NCBI GenBank assembly: GCA_002269645.1
Contig: NIVC01000578.1
Coordinates: 200,549-264,548 of the forward strand
Reading direction: 5' to 3'
Source of the DNA: Macrostomum lignano
Lineage: Eukaryota
Length of the DNA: 64,000 bases
In this document: positions 56,501 to 64,000 of the stretch, piece by piece
Layout of the letters: each line of letters begins with the position of its first letter
Numbering within the stretch: position 1 is the first letter of the stretch
The notes under the pieces: generated by a model
What the model was told of the DNA's origin: nothing
Database searches by the model: none
What the model saw: the letters and a program-made list of their open reading frames with translations, nothing else
Translations under genes and position numbers: made by a program

Positions 56501-59500
56501 TAGTTTCATACCCGATAAATTTCAGCTACGGAGACGAGGACCGGAACGCTCTGTACCGCAGGAACGAGCCCGCCGACTACGGCTGCTTCCTGTTGGAAGG
56601 TCGCGCCGTGCTGAGCATAGGGGTGGAGAACCTAGAGTTCGAGGCCACCATCTTTACCCTACTCGGCAGCAAAGCTCTCAGCGGTGAGTCTATCTGCTTG
56701 ATACAATTATATCTACCCCTCCGCACCCAGTGTAAATCTACCCCTCTGCACTCAGTGTACACCTACCTCCACCCAGTGTACATCTACGCCTCTGCACCCA
56801 GTGTACACCTACCTCCACCCAGTGTACATCGAACCCTCTCCACCCAGTGTACACCTACCCCTCTCCACCCAGTGTACATCTACCCCTCTGTACCCAGTGT
56901 ACATCTACCCCTCTGTACCCAGTGTACATCTACCCCTCTGTACCCAGTGTACATCTACCCCTCTGCACCCAGTGTACATCTACCCCTCTCCACCCAGTGT
57001 ACATCTATTTTCTTCACCCAGTGTACATCTACCCCTCTGCACCCAATATACACATACCTCCACCCATTGTACATCTACCCCTCTACACCCAGTGCAAACC
57101 TACTTTTCTACATTTTCTCCCTAGCCGGTAAATTGTCCTTTGCCATTATTTATCCTGCTGCATCAACTAAGCCCTGTTCAGTGGCTTCCCGCAGCTTAGC
57201 AATCGATGGCGGCTCATATGCACTGTTGATCCATAATTAGCCTGATCTCCAACCCGCTCGGGTGTGCCGTTCTCCTATTTCATGCATCTGACCTGTCTCT
57301 GGCTGTTTAACTATGTGTTATATCGGATTCACTATTTGCCACTGTGTTTTACATAGCTGGCCCTTCCCAATCCTTCAGTGAGCCAATGCCACCCTTTCTA
57401 ATCCTTCAGTGAGCCACTGCTGGACCCTTCCCGATCCCTCAGTGAGCCACTGCTGGACCCTTCCCGATCCCTCAGTGAGCCACTGCTGGACCCTTCCCGA
57501 TCCCTCAGTAAGCCACTGCTGGACCCTTCCCGATCCCTCAGTGAGCCACTGCTGGACCCTTCCCGATCCCTCAGTGAGCCACTGCCACCCTTCCCGATCC
57601 CTCAGTGAGCCACTGCCACCCTTCCCGATCCCTCATTGAGCCACTGCCACCCTTCCCGATCCCTCAGTGAGCCACTGCCACCCTTCCCGATCCCTCATTG
57701 AGCCACTGCCACCCTTCCCGATCCCTCAGTGAGCCACTGCTGGACCATTCCCGATCCCTCGGTTCTCGGTAGCTCTCTGCCAGTGCACCGCTATCTCAAA
57801 AGTGCACGCTGATCTCTCTCTCCCTCAATTCAAGTACAGCCAGGCCAGCAGCCTCATCCCAATAATTATATCTGACCTGCTGCCGCTTCAGTTCTGCTTC
57901 TAATCTGTTTCTTTCTTCTGGGGGAGCCGCCTCTCCAGCCTGGCCTACCAGCCAGAATGCGTTCTGCATTGGATTATCTGCCCTCCCGCCAGGGACTCTG
58001 CGCTCCCTGAGGTCGTATTTCCTCCCACAGAGGCCCGTCGCTGCTCTTGCCTTGCTGCAGTGTGTTTTACACGGCACACAGCCCCCCCCCCCAGACTGCC
58101 GCTGGGGCCAAGGGGAAGTTGCTGGCTGGTCGGCCGGCCTCCCCTGTCCCTCTGTGCGATCGATGCAGCCCGTGCGAGAACTCCGCTGAGACCCTCGCAC
58201 TATTGGCGAGTTCAGCGCGGCCTTCCGCTGCGGCAGTCGCAGAATAGCAAGCCCTAATTATATACAGGTTGATGTGGCAGAAAATTCTTAGCATTAGTGT
58301 TGGGCCTGCCACACTTTGCTCTACAAGCCAAGCACGTTATTTTGCTGTCCTGGTAGAAAGCGCGATGGGAGGGCAGGGAGACTGCTGCACTCTACAGGCT
58401 TAGGAGAGCTGTGTGTGCTCACCTGTTTTCAACTAAGTCTGTCCCGGCCCCGGAGTCTGCACGTACTGTTAAGGAAGTTGGGATGAAGTTGGGATGAAGT
58501 GCAGTTTGAGCTCAGGCCGCTCAGGTTGAGCTGCGGTGTGGGCTGCAGTCTCCTTTCCATTTTACTGACTGATGGTTGGGAGGCCGGAAATGCAAAGCTG
58601 CGATTAGAATAATTTGTTGCAACTGTTCTTCTACCTGCTTACACACTGAGGTCTACCTGATTACACAATGCGTTCTACCTGCTTACACACTGAGGTCTAC
58701 CTGATTACACAATGCGTTCTACCTGCTTACACACTGAGTTCTACCTGATTACACAATGCGTTCTACCTGCTTACACACTGAGGTCTACCTGATTACACAA
58801 TGCGTTCTACCTGCTTACACACTGAGGTCTACCTGATTACACAATGCGTTCTTCCTGCTTACACACTGAGGTCTACCTGATTACACAATGCGTTCTACCT
58901 GCTTACACACTGAGTTCTACCTGATTACACAATGCGTTCTACCTGCTTACACACTGAGGTCTACCTGATTACACAATGCGTTCTACCTGATTACACACTG
59001 AGGTCTACCTGATTACACAATGCGTTCTTCCTGATTACACACTGAGTTCTACCTGATTACACACTGAGTTCTACCTGATTGCACAATGCGTTCTACCTGA
59101 TTACACACTGAGTTCTACCTGATTACACAATGCGTTCTACCTGATTACACACTGAGTTCTACCTGATTACACACTGAGTTCTACCTGATTGCACAATGCG
59201 TTCTACCTGATTACACACTGAGTTCTACCTGATTACACAATGCGTTCTTCCTGCTTACACACTGAGGTCTACCTGATTACACAATGCGTTTTATCTGATT
59301 ACACACTGAGTTCTACCTGATTACACAATGCGTTTTATCTGATTACACACTGAGTTCTACCTGATTCCACATTACATTCTACCTGATTACTCTTTGGATT
59401 CTACTTGATTACTCATCAGATTATACCTGATTACACATTTTATTCTACCTGATTACACACTGAGTTCTACCTGATTACACACTGAGTTCTACCTGATTAC

Positions 59501-62500
59501 ACACTGAGTTCTACCTGCTTACACACTGAGTTCTACCTGATTACACACTGAGTTCTACCTGCTTACACACTGAGTTCTACCTGATTACACACAGAGTTCT
59601 ACCTGATTACACACTGAGTTCTACCTGATTACACACTCAGTTCTTCCTGCTTACATACTGAATTTGAGCGAGTTCTCGTCTAATGGGTTTTCATGGCGAG
59701 ATTCACACTGACTCATCGATCTGCACGCAGCTTTCTCTTCTTCATGCTATCGACCTTCGGTTTCTATGCAGTACACTTAGTAGCAGAGCCGAGCGCTTAT
59801 GTGGCGAATGCCGGGCTTTCCTACACTGGGTTCTGCATTGAGAGACAGAGAAATGAAATATCGACCTTGTCCGCTTCTATTTTGACGCTGCACTCTGGGA
59901 GCTAGTGCTGTGAAAATGAGCACACACAGAGGCACACTTTTACCCCGCCTGCTCAAGCCCGGTCTGTCTGGGTTGGTCAGCCAGCAACTGGATTAAGAAG
60001 TGCAAGCACGTCTCAGTAAGACTTGCGAAATTCTGGGTCGTATTGAAACGGGCGGGAGGAAGAAGATGAGTGAGATGAGAGAGATAAGAGAGATGAGGGA
60101 AATGAGGGAGATTAGGGAGATGAGGGAAATGAGGGAGATGAGAGAGAAGAGAGAGAAAAGGGAGAGGAGAGAGATGAGGGAGAAGAGAGAGAAGGGGGAG
60201 ATGAGAGAGATGAGGGAAATGAGGGAGATGGGGGAGATAAGGGAGATGAGGGAAATGAGGGAAATGAGGGAGATGAGGGAGATGAGGGAAATGAGGGAAA
60301 TGAGGGAAATAAGGGAAATGAGGGAAATGAGAGAGATGAGGGAAATGAGGGAGATGGGGGAGATAAGGGAGATGAGGGAAATGAGGGAAATGAGGGAAAT
60401 GAGAGAGATGAGGGAAATGAGGGAGATGGGGGAGATGAGGGAGATGAGGGAGATGAGGGAGATGAGGGAAATGAGGGAGATGGGGGAGATGAGAGAGATG
60501 AGGGAGATGAGAGAAGAGGAAGATTAGGGCGATGAGGGAGATGAGAGAGAAGAGAGAGAAGAGGGAGATGAGAGAGATGAGGGAAATGAGGGAGATGGGG
60601 GAGATGAGGGAGATGAGGGAGATGAGGGAGATGAGGGAAATGAGGGAGATGGGGGAGATGAGAGAGATGAGGGAGATGAGAGAAGAGGAAGATTAGGGCG
60701 ATGAGGGAGATGAGAGAGAAGAGAGAGAAGAGGGAGATGAGAGAGATGAGGGAGGTTAGGGCGATGAGGGAGATGAGGGAGATTAGGGCGATGAGGGAGA
60801 TGAGAGAGATTAGGGAGATGAGAGAGATGAGGGAGATGAGAGAGATGAGGGAGATGAGGGAAATGAGGGAGATGGGGGAGATGAGAGAGATGAGGGAGAT
60901 GAGAGAAGAGGAAGATTAGGGCGATGAGGGAGATGAGAGAGAAGAGAGAGAAGAGGGAGATGAGAGAGATGAGGGAGGTTAGGGCGATGAGGGAGATGAG
61001 GGAGATTAGGGCGATGAGGGAGATGAGAGAGATTAGGGAGATGAGAGAGATGAGGGAGATGAGAGAGATGAGGGAGATGAGGGAAATGAGGGAGATGGGG
61101 GAGATGAGAGAGATGAGGGAGATGAGAGAAGAGGAAGATTAGGGCGATGAGGGAGATGAGAGAGAAGAGAGAGAAGAGGGAGATGAGAGAGATGAGGGAG
61201 ATTAGGGCGATGAGGGAGATGAGGGAGATTAGGGCGATGAGGGAGATGAGAGAGATGAGGGAGATGAGAGAGATGAGGGAGATGAGAGAGATGAGGTAAA
61301 TGAGAGAGATGAGGGAGATGAGGGAGATGGGGGAGATGAGAGAGATGAGGGAGATGAGAGAAGAGGAAGATTAGGGCGATGAGGGAGATGAGAGAGATGA
61401 GGGAGATGAGAGAGATGAGGTAAATGAGAGAGATGAGGGAGATGAGGGAAATGAGGGAGATGGGGGAGATGAGAGAGATGAGGGAGATGAGAGAGATGAG
61501 GTAAATGAGAGAGATGAGGGAGATGAGGGAAATGAGGGAGATGGGGGAGATGAGAGAGATGAGGGAGATGAGAGAAGAGGAAGATTAGGGCGATGAGGGA
61601 GATGAGAGAGAAGAGAGAGAAGAGGGAGATGAGAGAGATTAGTGAGATTAGGGCGATGAGGGAGATAAAAAAGATGAGGGAGATGAAGGAGATAAGAGAG
61701 ATGAGGGAAGGGAGGTAAAACACTTTATTCTGTGGCTCATGGACTACTAGGTGGATTGGAAACTGACCGGCCAAGCCGCAAGAGGTGCACAGAAAAAGAG
61801 AAGAATTGAGCAAATGCCAGATAAAAGCAGAGAAGCTGCAATGCATTGTCGGCTCTACCTGGCTTCCATGTAGCTTTTAGTTAGCTCGTGTTTGCACGGG
61901 CAAGTCAAAGCGACAGTCGCAGAGGCAAGCTGACCCTAAGCTCGCGCACTCGTTTCTCACCGACAGGCGCTGCATCATCACCCAGCTGCTTTGCCAATAA
62001 AATGCGTTATCGTACAGCGAGTTTCCAATCCAGACACCTAATGCTAGATCGCCATGCTTTCTCCCGAGGGGGGGGGTAGTCAAGGAGGCCGCGGCTCCGC
62101 CTCTGTACTGTTGGCAGTGGGAAAGCCCAATTGAGATTTTGAGACAGCACCATCCAATTGATTAATCTGTGATGAAGGATCGCCTTGGCTGGTCTGGCGG
62201 AAGCTTTAGTTGAATCTTTTTCGGTTTTTTATTCACTTGGCTGCAGGAGGGGCCGCCCGCCTCTGCACGCCTCGCTGCTAATTGGGCCTGCGCTAGTTTT
62301 TGGAGGCCCGGCTAACCCGTGTAATTACCTGCAGTCTCTCTTCTCCCTCACTTCAGAGATTTTCGCACAAAAGCTTGCTTTATTGACAGGCACCGTTCAC
62401 GATCGCCAAAAATATATGCGCTGACTTGTCCTTATTAATATTTCACATCTCTGTCACTTATTCCTGGTTCAATATTTAAATGTATAGGCAACCAACGAAA

Positions 62501-63578
62501 TTGACGATTAATCTGAAATACGCTTTCAGGCTACTTATTGGATTGTCAGTAGTCGATATGGGATTTTTCGACTGTGTTATTAAAGTATTGTAAAAGTACA
62601 AACATAGATTTTGTCACGATATGTATCGAAATCTATTATTTGGCCAATAGGTATGGACAATTATTTTTTGCCGATATGTATCGACAACTACTCTTTGCCG
62701 ATATGTATCGACAACTACTCTTTGCCGATATGTATCGAAATCTATTCTTTGCCGATATGTATCGAACATCTATTCTTTGCCGATATGTATTGACAACTAC
62801 TCTTTGCCGATATGTATTGACAACTACTCTTTGCCGATATGTAACGACAACTACTCTGTGCCGATATGTATCGAAATCTATTATTTGCCGAAATTTATCG
62901 AACATCTATTCTTTGCCGATATGTATCGACTACTACTCTTTGCCGATATGTATCGACAACTACTATTTGGCGATATGTATTTCTAAATGCATTGCAGTTG
63001 TCCGCGATCTGCACAAGCAGCAGCCAGAGCGGCTGGCCGACCCCGTCGAGCTGCGCCGCCTGCCCCAGTTCGTGCCGGACTACACGGCCAAGGCCAAGCA
63101 GAACATGCAGTACCTGAAGATCACGCAGGCCCAGTACGCCGCCCTGCTGCGCATCTCCGACATCATCAGGCAGGAGGAAGCCGCGGCCGGGCGCGAGTTC
63201 GCCGGCCCGGAGCTCGAAGAGAAGCTCGGCGCCCTGTTCGCCGCCTACTTTCCCAGGCAGCTGGGCCGCCAAGGTATCGGCGGCAGGCGGCCGTCCCGCT
63301 TCTCCGTCAACAGCCCCTTCGCCGCCAGCGCCGCCGCGTCGCCTACTAACGAAGCCAGGGCTGCCGCCGCCGCCTTGCAAACCGCCTCTCCGTCATCGGT
63401 CGAAGCCTCCGCCAGCGCAGCCGCTTCCGCCGCCACCGCCGCCCCAACCGCCCCCGCCGACGCCGTCGTTGTGGTCGACGCTGCTCCGGCACCGGCCGCT
63501 GCCGTGGCCGCCGCTGCCGACGCTGCCGCCTCTGCTAATGACGATTCGCCATTGATTAATGGGGGAGTCAGCGCTTGA
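50550..63578 (+). CDS. CNNM: CNNM/ACDP metal transporter (signal peptide, DUF21, CBS pair, CNBH-like domain), ~823 aa, 5 exons
   Basis: Exons 50550-52062, 54526-54654, 55330-55420, 56526-56683 and 62998-63578 total 2472 nt in frame, with GT-AG introns. Motifs LSGLFSGLNLGLMALD, LLCSLLLGNVLVN, GEIIPQA, GFTRIPIY, GLVTLEDILEEIIQEEIEDETD, LYRRNEPADY, FVPDY. An alternative ATG lies at 50532. Confidence 0.9.
52081..52902. repeat. 20-bp minisatellite (CTTCAGGATAGAATCTGAGA)n, CNNM intron 1
   Basis: Read directly from the sequence. Confidence 0.95.
53578..54242. mobile_element. Foldback/MITE-like element: imperfect ~75-bp inverted arms around a (TCTAG/TCTAA)n microsatellite
   Basis: Left GAGAATTTCCCGCAG..GGGGTTTTC..CGGAATT..AAATCTAGTCTAT matches the reverse complement of right ATAGACTGGATTT..AATTCCG..GAAAACCCC..CTGCGGGAATTCTC. 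Confidence 0.6.
54686..55232. repeat. 31-bp minisatellite, CNNM intron 2
   Basis: Unit GATCCTCAGTTGCTGGGCCATCGCCCTCCCA. Confidence 0.95.
55670..56450. repeat. 39-bp minisatellite, CNNM intron 3
   Basis: Unit ATTCCTTTGATGTCTACCGCCACGTTTTTAAGCTAAGCG. Confidence 0.95.
56715..57090. repeat. 25-bp minisatellite, CNNM intron 4
   Basis: Unit CACCCAGTGTACATCTACCCCTCTG. Confidence 0.9.
57380..57757. repeat. ~33-bp minisatellite, CNNM intron 4
   Basis: Unit CAGTGAGCCACTGCTGGACCCTTCCCGATCCCT, plus a shorter variant. Confidence 0.92.
58625..59650. repeat. 22-bp minisatellite with an alternating A/B (44-bp) higher-order structure
   Basis: CTACCTGATTACACAATGCGTT alternates with CTACCTGCTTACACACTGAGGT. 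Confidence 0.92.
60065..61710. repeat. Purine-rich 9-bp-based array (GAGGGAGAT/GAGAGAGAT) with larger internal duplications
   Basis: Read directly. The MREMRE ORFs are artefacts. Confidence 0.95.
62615..62980. repeat. 27-bp minisatellite just upstream of the last CNNM exon
   Basis: Unit TTTGCCGATATGTATCGACAACTACTC. Confidence 0.92.
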
Positions 63579-63639
63579 GGAGTTTTTTCACCCCCCTGTC
63601 GGCTAGCTGGGTCCCGGCCTCCCCTCTGCTCCCTTCGTT

Positions 63640-63870
63640 ACTGCTGAGTCAGTGTGCTGCCTGCTGCTGAGTCAGTGTGCTGCTGAGTCAGTGTGCTGCT
63701 GAGTCAGTGTGAAGGTTGCTGCTGAGTCAGTGTGCAGGCTGCTGCTGAGTCAGTGTGCAGGTTGCTGCTGAGTCAGTGTGCAGGCTGCTGCTGAGTCAGT
63801 GTGCAGGCTGCTGCTGAGTCAGTGTGCTGCTGAGTCAGTGTGCTGCTGAGTCAGTGTGAAGGTTGCTGCT
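63640..63870. repeat. 16/23-bp repeat containing TGCTGAGTCA 11 times, downstream of the CNNM stop
   Basis: TGCTGAGTCA at 63642, 63665, 63681, 63697, 63720, 63743, 63766, 63789, 63812, 63828 and 63844. Confidence 0.92.
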
Positions 63871-64000
63871 TGTATCAACAGCTCTCCAGCCAAAGAATTA
63901 CGAGCCAAGCTCCTATATCGCCCAAAATGTAATATTTCCCGAATCCAAATTCCCTGAGCGAGCCCACAAAGCCATCCCACAAGCGCTAAGTGAGTTGCCT

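Noticed and set aside
60520-61640. TTAGGG hexamers suggesting interstitial telomere
   Set aside because: They are isolated within GATTAGGGCGAT variants of the purine array and are never tandem.
62574-62997. N-terminal half of the 334-aa ORF
   Set aside because: It is the intronic 27-bp repeat. The coding part starts at the acceptor at 62997/62998.

Overview
Eukaryotic (invertebrate) genomic DNA, very rich in repeats. GC-rich exons with introns full of minisatellites suggest a free-living flatworm such as Macrostomum, but that is an inference only. Host genes: a complete 5-exon ornithine aminotransferase (OAT, minus strand, ~438 aa), a complete 5-exon CNNM metal transporter (plus strand, ~823 aa), and three paralogues of a 2-exon secreted WSC + PAN/apple-like protein. 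One paralogue is intact, two are frameshifted in the signal peptide, and two inverted orphan exon-2 fragments lie nearby. Mobile DNA: an intact, very young BEL/Pao LTR retrotransposon (6599-13780) nested in an RNase H-bearing LINE; an 8.2 kb CACTA/EnSpm transposon (CCCG termini, TTA target duplication) with a transposase and a BEN-like gene; a Penelope fragment with two hammerhead ribozyme motifs; two RTE-type LINE fragments; two tRNA-derived SINE-like copies; a tyrosine-recombinase C-terminal fragment; and many tandem arrays. The two best candidates for something undescribed are: (1) a ~3.8 kb transposase-free element with ~450 bp terminal inverted repeats (21870-34505 once two nested insertions are removed), carrying a tandem PC4-like ssDNA-binding ORF, two further compact ORFs and iteron-like subterminal motifs; and (2) a decayed AT-rich gene at 2.5-3.35 kb with the motif order of Rep_trans rolling-circle initiators, preceded by a GC-rich hairpin. 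All coordinates, alignments and domain calls were made by eye, and no searches were run. Single-base frameshifts in homopolymers may be assembly errors.
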